From: the human T2T-CHM13v2.0 reference genome, Homo sapiens
Direction: 5' to 3' (one strand)
NCBI RefSeq assembly: GCF_009914755.1
Contig: NC_060929.1
Length of the DNA: 64,000 nucleotides
A program made the position numbers and the translations under genes. Within the stretch, counting starts at the first letter, position 1; each line of letters begins with the position of its first letter. Positions 15,547-28,859 of this stretch are shown piece by piece. The notes under the pieces were generated by a model. That model was not told the DNA's origin, searched no databases, and saw only the letters and a program-made list of their open reading frames with translations.

Positions 15547-16139
15547 CAGTGCTGCCACTTTATGAAACTTTCTAAGTTACTATTGTTACTAGCTAACTGA
15601 TATTTAAGGCACTAACATTTTTACCAATATTTCATAATACTAGCACTGAAGAGAAGTTTTTATTCTGTTATGAAGATGTTAATTAAAGCAATTATCAAAA
15701 TGGTCCCATAAACATTGAGACCATATTCTGAAAATATAATTACCCTTTATTGTTTTTCTCTTCCTTGAAAAAAAAAAAGCCCAAATTCACAAAAAACTTT
15801 AGTTTCATAAAACTCATTTGAAGTACATTCAGTAGTTTTTTAAAAGATATTAGTTTCAGTGGCTCTGGAAAATATTCCAAGAATCTAAGCTTTTTCCTAC
15901 ATTCTTCTACTTACGTGAGATTAAGTCTATGATAGAGTTCAAGTGTCCTGGCTTTAAATATTTAACAGGAACAAGAGTAGAGGTGTTGGAATATTTACCA
16001 GGGTATTAGTAAGAGGAAGGAGTGGTTTGTCAGCACATGGTTATTTGAATTCTAGCTATAAATCCAAACCCAGATAAGAAGACACCAAAAGTTCATTTCA
16101 TCAGCTACCAAGATACACTGAAAAATTTAAAGTGGTCAT

Positions 16140-16900
16140 AAATTGTATTAGCTCCTCCCATCAAGAGATAGATTATTTCCCCACCATGTGAATCTAAGTT
16201 GGATGACTCATGACTGCTTGGACTGATAGAATAAGTCAGAAGTGATGTTCTGTGACTTTTGAGCTTGAGCTTCAAGAAGCTTGCAATTTTGCTCTTGCCT
16301 TCTGGACTTGAGGCCTTCGTGTAAGAAAAGTGAGAGAGGCCACTGCAGGGAGAGACCAGGCGGAACACACTCTGAAGGCCCCAACAAACCTGTCTTAGTC
16401 CATTTGTGCTGCTATCACAGAATACCCAGACTGAGTATCAAGAACAGAAGTGTCTCAGTTCTGGAGGCTGGGAAGACAAAGATCAAGGGGCCAGCATCTG
16501 ATGAGGGCTGCTCACTGCTTCCAAGATGGTGCTTTGGATAGTGCATCCCCAGAGAGGAGAAATGCTGTGTCCTCCCTTAGCAGAAGGACAAAGAGCAAGT
16601 CTACTCCCACAAGCTCTTCCTATAACAGCATTAATTCATCAGGGCTCAGCCAAACACATCCCAAAAGCCCCACCTCCCAGCACTGTTGCACTGGGGGTTA
16701 AGTTTCTAACACATGAATTTTGGGGGACACATTCAGACCATAGGACAACCTCCTGATAACAGTTAATTATTTGAATATACCCCCGGAAACAGCAGCAACA
16801 TAACTGCCTAATTGAGCCCTGCCCAACTTCGTGAACAAATTGCCAATTTAAGCCACTACATTTGGGAGAGGTTTGTTATACAGCAAGAGATAACTGAGAC
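16140..16900 (+). mobile_element. MLT1F/G/H-type LTR interrupted by a younger MaLR LTR
   Basis: cagaagtgatgttctgtgacttttgag...; 3' part ttaagccactacatttgggagaggtttgttatacagcaagagataactga. Confidence 0.7.
16391..16745 (-). mobile_element. MST/MLT1A-type LTR nested in the MLT1 LTR
   Basis: tgtcttagtccatttgtgctgctat...gaattttgggggacacattcagaccatag. Confidence 0.85.
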
Positions 16901-17173
16901 CGAGCCCATTTCATTGGCTACCAAACACACCAAGTCAGTAAGGGAAATGTACTAGCATAGTTGGGGTTTTACTATCAGGTCTCCACCTTCAAATTTCTAC
17001 AGCACTGCTCTGCCTAGTTTGGTCACAATTTATTTCCAATCAAGACAACTGTAGTTGACTCCTGGTTATCTGTTCCTGCCCCTATTTACTTCCCACATCA
17101 ATCTAACGTCCACGTTATTCAAGTGGCTAGGATCCTAATTAACATTCTCCCTGCCGTCACTCTTCCGCTCAAG

Positions 17174-17209
17174 CCGTGGATAAAACCCTGTCCGTGGGAT
17201 AAAACCCTG
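17174..17209 (+). repeat. Short tandem duplication
   Basis: ccgtggataaaaccctg-t-ccgtgggataaaaccctg. Confidence 0.85.
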
Positions 17210-17869
17210 GGCCCAGTATTCATAACCTTCATAATGAGGCTTTGCCTGACTTACGAGAGGTAGAGGAGTATTTAACCATTGACCCCCAGACCCCACAGAT
17301 CAAGGGTTATTCCCCTGACCTCTGGGCATGTGCCATGGCCTAGAAAGTTCCTTACAGCACCAAAAATCTAATTTCTTTATATTTTCTTTAGATTAATAAA
17401 TTAATCTAATACCTGAGATATTAGATGAAGCACTTGAAGTGAGACAATCTCAGCTAAAAATAAGTGGAAGCCTGCAGAGAATTGTCCAGTATAGTCACAG
17501 CTGAAATCAGAGGGCCAGTCAAGCATTTGTGAATCCATGTGCCAGCTGTACCTGCTGCTCCCTGTCTGAGGTCATAACATCAATATCCATTTCCTTAGGA
17601 AGCCACAGAAAGTCTGATGTAAAAGGTCTCCTAGGAAGTGCACAGATATCCTGGACCTCCTAAGCTGTTTATGCAAACCCTGAACCTCCATAAATCATCT
17701 TTTCAAACAATGTTATCTCAGTTAAATTTATCCGTGGACTGTGTCTTCCCAGGAAAAACTTACAAGACAATCAGAAACATCTCCTCTAGAACCACCTGAT
17801 ATAGGATTATTTTGTAAGAGAACAACCCAAGGAGCCTCTATAACCCCAAGTGATCAAAACTTAAATCAA

Positions 17870-18310
17870 TAAGAAATTGACATCGTGTGCTTCTTGATCT
17901 GATGCACTGAGAACAACACAAAGATTATCATTGTGGCGATCTTACCAAAGATACAAAACCTGAATTTAATCAGAAAGAAGCATCAGAAAACCCAAACTGA
18001 GGAATATTCTTAAAACAAACAAACAAACAAACAAAACTGTCCCGTACTCCTCAAATTTATTGACGGGGGAAAAAAAAAAAAAGACCAAGGAACTGTTTGA
18101 TTGGAGAGACTAAGGAAACATGCTTATAAAATACAACATGGCCCCTGGGTTGGACTGCAGCCTAGAAAGACAGCTGAAAATTTTGAATAAGGCCTGTGTA
18201 TGAAGTAGTATTGTGTCAGTGTTAGTTTTCTAATTTTGATTAATTGCATTATAGTTCGATCTGGATGAAATGATGAAGTAGCTCTTGTAAGAGTTCAAAA
18301 TGAGAAGTTA
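17870..18310 (+). mobile_element. L1MC/ME 3'UTR fragment
   Basis: catcagaaaacccaaactgaggaatattct; tagtattgtgtcagtgttagttttctaattttgat. Confidence 0.55.
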
Positions 18311-18664
18311 AAAAGTTTAAGTTGTTAAAATCAGTGGATAGCAGATAATGAGCAATTGGAAGATGATACCTGAAATAGGCAGATTACAAATGACGTTTGT
18401 CATATTTAGTTGGATATTGGTTGACTTGAGCACTGATTTGCAACATGTGTTTGGGGCTATCCCACTACACCCCCAAGTTCACACTCACCTATTTTTACTT
18501 GAATATGTCACTTAATTCTTTGAGAAACTTCAGAATAGTGTTGCTCACAGTTCACTTTGATTTTACAATGTAAAATATACATATAAATATTTTTACAAGG
18601 GGAAAAGAAAGAGGGAATATCATACAAACAAAAAGCTAACTTCCAAAGAGATAGTTGAATTTCA

Positions 18665-18822
18665 CAATCAATTAAAACAGAATCACCTGGGAAGCTTGTT
18701 AAAAAAAACTCTGATGCCCAAGTCTCACACCAAACCTATAAAATCAGAATGTATAGGTGTGGGGTATTTGTACAAGTTCTGTGCAATTGTGAGGCATACT
18801 AAGAAAGTTTGAGAACCACCAT
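18665..18822. mobile_element. MER5-like DNA transposon
   Basis: cagaatcacctgggaagcttgttaaaa...aagtttgagaaccac. Confidence 0.7.
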
Positions 18823-18857
18823 TTAAGAAAATAACTGGTCTCTAAATTAGGACTCAT

Positions 18858-18876
18858 TATCCACTAGATGGTGCCA
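18858..18876 (+). promoter_or_regulatory. CTCF motif
   Basis: CCACTAGATGGTGCCA 18861-18876 matches the core consensus. Confidence 0.6.
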
Positions 18877-19618
18877 AGAATTCAAAGATGGAACTTTGTG
18901 GTACAATGTCTATTTTCCTTTGAGTATACAGTGTGTTCATTTTCCTTCTTATCCACTTTCTCTTCGACCTCTCCCCAACTTGTAGGAAAGGGTTACATCA
19001 CACCAAAATAGATATTTTGTTCAGTATCAGTCTAGCAGCTTCTCCTTGGATTTTGGTTATAACAGACAGGCTCGTTCTGAAGGGATATTGAGAGGAAGTT
19101 GTGTGAGTACTCTTCCCTTAGCCTTTTACTTTCTCAGTGCAGATATTTAGAAGAGGAAAATCCACTGTAAGAGGTGGCCTCATTGGCAATGAGTGATTGG
19201 ATAAGAAAGAATGGTCTGACCAGTTCCTAAAAGCCATATTTAGCCGTTTGTGGTTTTGATCCCTGTCCTTTCCCGGAAACAATGACTTCAAGAATGTACC
19301 ACAACTATTTGGTATGTTATATCAGTTAAATAATAAGTCATATTATTAAATATCAGATTACTCTTAAGCTACCACTGCCTCAATGGAAAAGCATTTGACA
19401 ATTTCTTAAACTGTTTTATCCTTTCTTTATCCTCAGGATTTTTGCAATTAAAAAATCCTGTGCAGATGATAATCTCATTTCAGTTTTTCTGATGAGTTTA
19501 TGTGTTTGGAATCTGCTCCAAGGCATTGTGTTTATCCTCATGAATGTTTATTTTTAAATGTGTATCGAATAGAAATGGCTAGAAAGCCGAGCAAGACAAA
19601 TAACATTTTATTAATCCT

Positions 19619-19947
19619 TGTCTTAGTCTCTTTGTGCTGCTATAACAAAGTACCTGAGACTGGGTAATTCATGAAAAAAAAAAAAAAAAAAAATGTATTT
19701 TCTTACCATTCTCGAGGCTGGGAAAGATCGGGGCACTGGCTTCTGATGTGGGTTTTTTGGCCACACCCTCACACGGAAGGAGGAACAGGGGCAAACTAAC
19801 TAAACGGTTCACGAAGCCTCTTTTATAAGGACCTTAATCCCACTAACAAGGGAGAAGCCCTCATGGCCTAATCATCTCTTAAAGGCCTCACCTGTTATCA
19901 CACTGGCAACCTTTGAATTTTGGAGGGAACACATTCAAACCATAGCA
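19619..19947 (-). mobile_element. MST/MLT1A-type LTR
   Basis: tgtcttagtc...aaccatagca with TSD atcct/gtcct; internal poly-A expansion. Confidence 0.85.
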
Positions 19948-21320
19948 GTCCTACAAATATCTATTGAGCAACAATATGTACCAGGCACTGTGATACACAT
20001 TGGTGTAGGGACACAGGGTTGAACAAAGCAAAAAAATATAAGCTTTCATGAATTTGCATTCTAGCTGTGAGAAATGTACAGAGGAAAAAAATAGCAAGAT
20101 AATGATAGAGTGACAACTCTTTTACTTCATAAAGCAGAGAGGTGTAATAGTTTCTGCACAAGCCAGGATTATTTTTGACATTGTAGTCAGGGGAGGCTCC
20201 CTGAGAAGGTGACATTTGAGTTGAAATTGAATGATGACAAGAAGAGCCAGAAAGGAAGCTATATAGTCAGTGGGCGGAGCAGGTGCAAAGATCCAGGGGT
20301 AGAAACAAGTGTGGTATATTGCAGATTAGGAAAAAAACCAATGAAAGGAAGCATGAGCTAAATGAGGCTGGAGATATGGGCAAAGACCTGAGCAGGGCCA
20401 GAGGTTGCAATTTAGTGAAATAGAAAATTAGGAGATTTTAAAGGGAAGAGTAACATGGTTTTTTTCTTATTTTTAAATTTTAAAATCATCCTGGATCCTG
20501 ATTGTAGAGGTGATACAAGTGGGAAGAGAGCAATTGGAATACTGCTGCAATAGTCTAGATAACAGATGGCAGCTTGGACTAGTAATAGGAATACCAGTGG
20601 AGAGAAGCAGTGAAATTCTGGATGTGTTCTGAAGGCACAGCTGATAAGATTTGTTGATGAACTGCACGTGGGGAACAAGGGCATGAGAGAAATCAACAAC
20701 ACCTAAATTGCTGTTACATCAACCAGGTGGATGAGGAAGCCCTTTACTGGTCTGTCCTTACACTGCTAATAAACACATAACCGGGCTGGGTAATTTATAA
20801 AGGAAAGAGTTTTAATTGACTCACAGTTCCACACGGCTGGGGATGCCTCACAATCATTGTGGAAGGTGAATGAGGAACAAAGTAAAGTCTTACCCGGCGA
20901 CAGGCAAGACAGTGTGTGCACGGGAACTCCCATTTATAAAACCATCAGATCTCGCGAGACTTATTCACTGCCACGAGAATGGCATGAGTGAAACAGCCAC
21001 CAAGATTCAATTATCTCCACCTGGCCCTGCCCTTGATATGTGGGGATTATTACAATTCAATGTAAGATTTGGGTGGAGACACAGCCAAACCATATCAGAA
21101 CAGTAAAATGAGACAAGAAAAATTCTGGAGGAGAGCTGTAAATAAAAATTCTACTTTGGTCACAGTAAGTTTGAGGTGTTTATTTAATAGGGAGAAGTAA
21201 GAGGGGAATTATAAGACTTGGACATCATCAGCATATAAATAGCATTTAAAGTCATAGGATGAATAATATTACTGAGAGAATGTGTCAATAGAGAAGAGTA
21301 TCTAGGACTGATCCCACTGA
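19948..21320 (-). mobile_element. L2 interrupted by a THE1 LTR
   Basis: acaaatatctattgagc...gtaccaggcactgtg; gtcaggggaggctccctgagaaggtgacatttgag. Confidence 0.8.
20750..21097 (-). mobile_element. THE1 solo LTR
   Basis: ttaattgactcacagttccac...tttgggtggagacacagccaaaccatatca. Confidence 0.9.
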
Positions 21321-21376
21321 CTCTACATTGATGTTGTATTGTTACTCTCTCAATAAGCCTTCAGTGATTTTCCTTG

Positions 21377-21508
21377 TTTATTTATTTATTTGAGAAAGGG
21401 CTCACTCTGGTGCCCAGCCTAGAGTGCAATGGTGTGATCATAGCTCACTGCAGCCTTGAACTCCTGGGCTCAAGCAATCCTTCCATCTCAGCCTCCCAAG
21501 TAGCTGGG
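21377..21508 (-). mobile_element. FLAM/AluJ monomer
   Basis: gtgatcatagctcactgcagccttgaactcctgggctcaagc. Confidence 0.85.
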
Positions 21509-23244
21509 TCAGTGGTTATTTTTGTTTAAGTAATGTAGTTAAAATCGATATTGGTAAGGTGAGAATAATAATACTGCATACAGTTATTGCAAGGAGTAAA
21601 TGAGGAATATGTAAAATATCTAACACATTGCCTGGCGGAGTAGGAAATCGATAAAATATGACCTTTTTTTCCCCTATTTCCTTCCTTGGTAAGAGTGGAC
21701 TCTGCAGTAAATTGCAATAGAACTAAAATCTCTCTATTGGCTCAGATGTCTTTACACAGAGAAAGTCTTAAGAATCATCTGCCTCTGCATTTCCAAAAGG
21801 AGATTCTTCCTATAGGATATTAACAGTTTTCCATTTCTATCTGGTTGAGCCTGAGTTAATAAAGTTGAATAGATTTATTAAATGCAGACCTTCATAGAGA
21901 CCTCTAAGGGACAAAAATTGTGTGCTGTATTTGCCAACTTCCACACAAGCTAGAGAAATTGTCCACAGACCACAATTTAGGAAAGCATTGATTTACTCCA
22001 AGCCCCTATTTTACATAAGAGAAAACTGAGGCCAAGGGAGATAAGGTAACTTGAGTAAAGTTCTACCACTAGTAAAGTGTTCTGACACCAAACTTGGAGC
22101 TCTTTTTTCTAGAATATTCCATCACTATGATGTCGCTTATTATTACTAACACTACCCCAACTTTCCAACAGCCTTTCCGTCTGAGTAGCCTACTTCAGCT
22201 CTTTTCCTAAAAGCTGAGTTTACGAGGCATCTATATGGGGCTTTCAGGTAGATAAGATGCCTAGAGAAAGCAGCCAAGTGCCTCTATTTGTCTGAAATAG
22301 AACCCCTGTGGTTTATGAAGAGTTGCCTACATAAGAATGACTTTGTTACATATTCATAATATGGAGTAAGAGATAGAGTTTTTCCTTTTTTTTGGAAAAA
22401 AAAAGCACAAACTGAGTAATCAAACTGTTACTGTATTTATGGCCTCATCTCCAATAATACGTGGGACCTTGGATCCATTCACCTGAGGTAAAATCTCTGA
22501 ACTTTCATTTGTCTGCCTGTTATTAAGAAAGGCAGTAAAATGGAAGTTAATATTTGCTAAACCTTTGACCTATAATGCAGTTTCTAAATCAGCAGAAAGT
22601 ATCTTTGTAGAGTTAAGCAGGAAAGAGAAAAAACAGAGCTTTGCCAAGTGCCTTTTCTCATCACCATTTCGCAGAGAAGAAAACTGGATTACACAGGCAG
22701 TAAACCCTCAGCATGTCCAAGGGCCCTTAACATGTTAGGCAAAAGGCAAGATTGGAAGCCAGGTTTGTCTCACATTAAAGGTGTATTGCCCCTTCAGTGA
22801 AAAAACCTGGAGTGCAGTCATTAGAATGGTGAGAAGAAGGGCTTCCCATAGACCTGAGAAGAGTTGGGTGGTGAGTACTACTCTCAACTTTGCCTGGTGA
22901 CCATGGAGGGAAGTGGAAGTACGGAAGGGGAAGTGGGAGATGAAGTGGGATTGTAGTGGCAACAGTTTGTAGGACTAACAATACAATTTTTAGATCTTTA
23001 ATAGATGTCATCTACCCTACCCTAAAGCTACCTTTCCTATTCTCATGATAGCAGACCTCTAAAGCATATCAGACTTTGATCCCAGGAAGATCCACTGTAT
23101 TGCCTAAGTTCATCCTGCTGACCTACTGAACCTGAAGACCCTCTCAAAATTACCCTCATTTAGCTCAAGTGGTTGGCAACAGTTAAAACATAATTGCCCC
23201 TGGAGCTATTATCATCTTACTGCATTAGTGATATGAATATAGGA

Positions 23245-23724
23245 TCTGAAGCAGTTAGCTATTGCTGTGTAGAAATCCATCTCAAAACCTCAGTTGGAAA
23301 CAATTATTTATTATTTTTTATGAGTCTACAGGTGTTCAGGTAGTTCTGTTGATCTACATCAGTTAGATTTTGGCTGGGCTCACTACTGTGTCTGTGGGGA
23401 CTTGGCAGGTCACTGGGGAGCCGGGTGGTCTACGACAGCCTGAATGACTCAGCTCTGTGCCATGTGGTCTCATGTGGAGGATACCTCTAATTCAGTCGTG
23501 TAGTCATAGTGACCACAGGGAAGGAGTAGAAACCCACGAAGCTTCTTGAGGTCTAGACTCAGAACTGTCACAGTATCACTTCTGCCACATTTTATTAGCC
23601 AAAGCAAGTAACAAGACCAGTCCAAGTTAGAGTAGGTAGAAATTACAAAGCTATAAGGCAAAGGCTATGGATATATAGAGGCCATTAATGTAGCTGGGAT
23701 TATCAATGCATTCAATCTAACACA
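23245..23724 (-). mobile_element. MLT1G/H-type LTR
   Basis: cagttagctattgctgtgta...tcacttctgccacattttattagccaaagcaagt...caatctaacaca. Confidence 0.7.
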
Positions 23725-23761
23725 ACCTGAGGGCAAATTTTAATTGAAAGAATAGGAAAGG

Positions 23762-24030
23762 GGCTGGACGTAGTGGTTCACACCTGTAATCCCAGCACTT
23801 TGGGAGGCTGAGGTGGGCAGATTTCTTGAGGTCAGGAGTTCGAGACCAGCCTGGCCAACATGGCAAAACCCCATCTCTACTAAAAATACAAAAATTAGCC
23901 AGGTGTGGTGGTCCATGCCTGTAATTTCAGCTACTCGGGAGTCTGAGGCAGAGGTTGCAGTGAGCCGAGATTGTGCCACTGCACTCCAGCTAGGTGACAG
24001 AACAGGACTCCGTCTCAAAGAAAAAAAAAA
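23762..24030 (+). mobile_element. AluS with internal right-arm deletion
   Basis: Dimer lacking the segment between the two gaggc motifs at about 23950. Confidence 0.93.
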
Positions 24031-24739
24031 GGAAGGAAAGGAAAGGATAGAGAATATAAGTTGTTTGCATTCTAAATAATCTCTTGCATAGATCTCTCTT
24101 GTTCTATTACCTAGTTTTGAACTCAAGCAAATTGTACTCTTCTTTCTCATTTGTAAATCTTTATCTTAGTATATCCTATGCAAGTAAATCATCTCCAAAT
24201 GTACACTTTGTTTTGCAATGGTCTTAGATTAAAGTGAATTAAGTACCTAAAACTATTTAATTATTTGAGTTCAGCCAATCAGATTTTTGTCTGATACAGA
24301 GTGAAAAAAAAGAAAGAAAAACTTTAATGCCATTTCATTATTATTCTAATTAATGAGCAACTTTACTGTCTGCATTAGTGACACGGTAGAACAGCTAAAA
24401 AGAAGGAAGTTTGAGTAAGTTCAGCTTCTCTGTGAATTTGCTTTCCAGCATGACAGGTTTATCATCAGTAAATATTCATTGAGTCCCCACAGTGAGAAAA
24501 GAATCATGATGAGTATGACACAAAACATATTCTAAAGAGAAATATATATTCCGATTACAGAATGCACATATGAGACACGGGTGATAAGACATTGATCATG
24601 CCATTCAATAGTGAATATCAAAGTTGTGTTAGGTTTGTTTAATTTATGTAATGAATAGGCATGAACTTGTAGGACAACTGAGGACCATTTGGGGTGAATT
24701 ATGGTAGAGCCTTTGAGGTAACACACAATCACTGTCTTC

Positions 24740-25102
24740 TAAAGTGAAGAAAGGCATCAGGATTGCGGAAAGACATACGTCATCATGAGTAAAGGGTCAG
24801 TGATGTGACTCCAAGTCAACATCAAGATAAGATGAAGCTCTTAAGGCAAAGACGTAACATTATCTTAAAGGTCACATTGAATGTTTCTGTGGTCATTTGC
24901 TTTCTCACACATGTGGGTTTCAAGTGCGGCTGGTGCCATCCCTCTGAGCAGACGCTGAAAGAGAAAACTTCTGAGATAGCACTTGTGAGCGAAAAGCACA
25001 CCAACTGGCTCAAAGAGCTGTGGTTGGGCAGATCTGGTGTAAATACAAAGTTCCTTCCCGACATTTCCCAGAGTTTCTTGAAGATCACCTGGCCTCTAGA
25101 AG
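24740..25102 (+). promoter_or_regulatory. Putative promoter/5'UTR of exon 1A
   Basis: Unique sequence upstream of the exon 1A ATG; half-CRE ACGTCA at 24777-24782; no CpG island. The TSS cannot be read from sequence. Confidence 0.4.
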
Positions 25103-25230
25103 ATGACAAGGAGACAGCAAGTCCTACAAGCAAAAAGGAGCATTCAGCAAACATTCCAAGCACAGCTTATGCCCTGGAAGAGTATGTTCCACGGGAGAGA
25201 AGTGAAGCCAGTGGGTCCAGACCTGGAACT
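25103..25230 (+). CDS. GRAMD2B: GRAMD2B alternative first coding exon 1A (MTRRQQVLQAKRSIQQTFQAQLMPWKSMFHGREVKPVGPDLEL)
   Basis: ATG at 25103 with A at -3; open for 42 codons plus 2 nt; followed by the donor ACT|GTAAGT at 25231. Same phase 2 exit as exon 1B. The 43-residue N-terminus fits my recollection of the long human GRAMD3 isoform. Too short for the ORF track. Confidence 0.82.
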
Positions 25231-26119
25231 GTAAGTGACAGGTCTCAGACCTGGAAAAACCATTTGGGAGTGGAGTGTGGCTTCTGTGGTTTAAAAGGCC
25301 TTTTTGGTATCTTAAGGACAGAGTGTCTCCACATGGAGAATGTCTTTGATTGCCCACTGGGGGAGTTTTCCTTGTTTATCATCAGGGTCTTGAGTAAAAG
25401 CAAGAATTATCCCACATACTGTAATGTCCTCAGAAACCCCTGATACAAGTACATTTTGCTTATAGGTGTATTGCACAAAACTGGAAGTTTGAGGTTTGTC
25501 ATGTCACTCAAGCTGAAAGGGGAATTCAAGTGGAGACAGCAGTGAGCAATGCTAGGAGTGGCTTGAAAGATACAGTTGCAATCTAAGACTCTATGTGTTC
25601 GGGAGAACTCAGTATTTGCCATTTCAGCTCAGGAAAACTAGGATTATAAGATATTTGCATGAAGTCACACTTGCCATGTCAACTCTCTACATTTTGGTTT
25701 TAGGTTCCTTTTAACCTAGAAAGGTAGGTTTGGGTTTGGGTTAGGTTTTATGAGCTCCTTGTAAGCAGGCACTATGGGTTAGCTTTTTGGTTTTTTAGGT
25801 TTTGCTTTGCTTTTTACTTTAAATTTTGTACAACTGCTAGCAGAGTAACAAGTATATGTAGAGATATTTAATTTGTTTAAAAATTCCTCTATTATTCTGA
25901 CTATAATTGCTTTAAAATCCCTCAAATAATCCTATCTTCAAAGAATAAATAATTGTATTGAAGGGTTGTTAGGCTTAGCCCAGAGCTAGGGCAATAAATA
26001 GAATGTCTTCAGAAAGACATGTGAAGGGTACACATAAACACTGTGAAGAAAAACACTGTCTGTGAGGCATGATGGGAACTGAAAACATAACATAAAATAT
26101 AAATGGGTGGGAAGATTAG

Positions 26120-26370
26120 GATCTCTAGTTTCCTTTCAGACTGGGCTTTGGATTCTACAAACCTGCATTTGAATCCCAACTCTGCTGCCATTTAACTGAA
26201 TGTGTTGACTAGGAAAAGAGACAGTTTCTCAAGTTTCAGTTTTCTTAATTCCAAAATGGTAAAAAAAAAAAAAAAAAAAAAAAAAATTCTGTTTCCTAGC
26301 ATTGCTAAGAGGATTGAGTAAGTTTCTATATGTAAAATGCCAGGCATATAGAAATTACACAATGAATAAA
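26120..26370 (+). mobile_element. MIR with internal poly-A
   Basis: tttgaatcccaactctgctgcc...cagttttctt...aggattgagtaag; A run 26261-26286. Confidence 0.7.
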
Positions 26371-27444
26371 TTCCCTCTGCTCCTCATCTTCCATTTCTGA
26401 AAATCTAACAAGAAACACTGAAACACGGTATCTCAGATAAACTGCCCAGGGCTCTGCAGTTCTCGTGATGGCCCAGCCCAGTCACCAAACCCTACCTCAT
26501 GCTATAGAGTTTTCACAGGTGCTTTGGGCAGAGGTCCCATTCTAACTCTAATTTACCAAAAATCTCAAAATGATGTCTTTCCTGTCTGGGTTAATTGCTC
26601 ACTGTGGCTGTGGAGGAGTTGGTAAGCCTCTATATCTGTGTTTGAGTGTCACAAACTGTGGGACATGAGACCAGTTCGATAGGCACTCTGAGCCTCAGTT
26701 CTTCCTCTGCAAAATCAGTGTAATACCTACCTCCCAGAAGCATTCCCAGCAATGCACACAAGCATGTTAAGCCTACCACCATCACCCCAAATGTGGTGAC
26801 CTTTCAAAAACTCCTTGCCAGTTTGTTACCCAGTTGGGTCTCCTCCTTTGTTTTTTATTACTAGTGGAGAATATTTTTTCATTTGTTATTAGCCACATGC
26901 ATTTCTTCAGCTATAAATTGCATGTTTATGACCTGACTCACGTGTTAAAAGATCCTATGAGCTCAATTCTGAAGACCAAACGATTTTTTGATCGGGCAGC
27001 ATCATTTCAGTCACCTCTTCTGAATTTGGCCTGGCCTTGCTACACTTCACTGTTTTAAAAAATTGCAGGATGAATGCTAAATTGAAGAAATATGTATAAT
27101 CAACAGCAACATAGATACAAACTATTATATAATAGTATATGAGCCTTTCACTTTACCTGTCTTTAATTTCATGCTTTCTAAATAACTTAAGATTTTGTTG
27201 ACAATCATCATTATTAGTGTTCTTTGTTATTGCCATTATTACAAACAGGTGAAGTAAACAACTACCTAGAAAATTATGATTTCAGGATTATCAGGAAGAA
27301 TTAAGGAAAAGTACCAAAAGTCCTGGCCTTGGACTTATGTAGACATACATAAAAAAGAATAAAAACACAAGATCTTCAAAAGGAACAGAGATACTCAAAG
27401 TCATTAATTCTGAATACATTTCTATGTATATTGTTTAAAATAGT

Positions 27445-28785
27445 TACCAAGAAATAAACACTAACATTTATGGTTAATTAATTTTCAACAAAATGGGCAA
27501 GATAATCCAATGGGAAAAGAATAGCCTTTTCAACAATAGTGCCAGGACAATATTCTAAAGAATGAAATTGGACCCCTACCTTACAACATACACAAATATT
27601 AACTCAAAGTAGATCACAGACCTTATATAAGAGCTAAAACTATAAAAATCTTAATAAACATACGAGTAAATAATCATTGGGTTGGGCAATTATTTCTTAG
27701 GCCCAACACCAAAATCGCAAGTGATAAAAGAGAAAATTGATAACCTGGACTCTACCAAAATGGAAAACTTTCTTTGGTGCTTCAAAGGACACCATGAAGA
27801 AAGTGCAGAGACATCCTATGAAATGATAGAAAATATTTACAAATCATATATTTTAAGGAACTTGTAGCCACAATATATAAAGCATACGAGTCAATAATAA
27901 AAAGACAAATAACCCAATTTTAAAACGGGGCAAAGGATTTGAATGGATTTTTCTCCAAAGAGAATACACAAATGGCCAATAAGGACATGCAAAGATGCTC
28001 AGCATCATTAGTCATTAGGAAAATGCAAATCAAGACCACAATGCAACGCCACTTCATACCCACTCGAATGGCTATATCAAAAACAAAAAAAAAAGAAGTG
28101 TTGGCAAGCATGTGGAGAAACTGGAACTCTCATCCACTGCTGGTCAGAAATGTAAAATGTTACGACCATTTTGGAAAAAAAGTTTGTCAGTTCCTCAAAA
28201 AGTTAAATATAGCAATTTCATTCCTAGGTATATAATCAAGGGAATTGAAAACATGTGTTTGCATAAAAACTTGTACACAAATATCCATAATAGCATTATT
28301 TTTAATAGCCAAAAAGTAGAAACAATCCAAGTCTCCATCAACTAAATAATGGATAAATACAATGTGGTATATCCATACAATAGAATATTTTTGGTCACAA
28401 AATGAGATGAACTTTGAAAACATTGTAGGTGAAAGAAGACAGTCACAAAAGATCACAGATAGTATGATCCCATCTATATATGAAATGTCCAGAATAGGTA
28501 CTTTTTCTATATATACAGATGAGATATGAATGTCTCATCTCTAAAGAGAGAAAGTAAATTAGTAGGTTAGTGGTTGCTTAGGGCAGAATGGAAGAGGAAA
28601 ATAGGGAGGATGGGCAGGGACTGCTCTTGGGTACAAGGTTTCTTTTGAGTCATGAAAATGTTCTAAAATTAGATGGTGGTGATGGTTGCACAATTCTGTA
28701 AATGTACTAAAGCCACTGAATTGTACACTTCGAACAAGTGAACTTTGTATTATGTAAATTATATCTTAATAAGGCTTTAAAAAAA
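27445..28785 (+). mobile_element. L1MB-type 5'-truncated LINE (ORF2 C-terminus plus 3'UTR, degraded)
   Basis: ORF track peptides QMANKDMQRCSASLVIRKMQIKTTMQRHFIPTRMA resemble ORF2p; L1MB-type 3'UTR ending. Confidence 0.9.
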
Positions 28786-28859
28786 CTCTAAAGTGATAGT
28801 TACTTTAAATAAGACCTTATGATTTTATTATAAGTATTGATCAAAATAAATATAAAATT

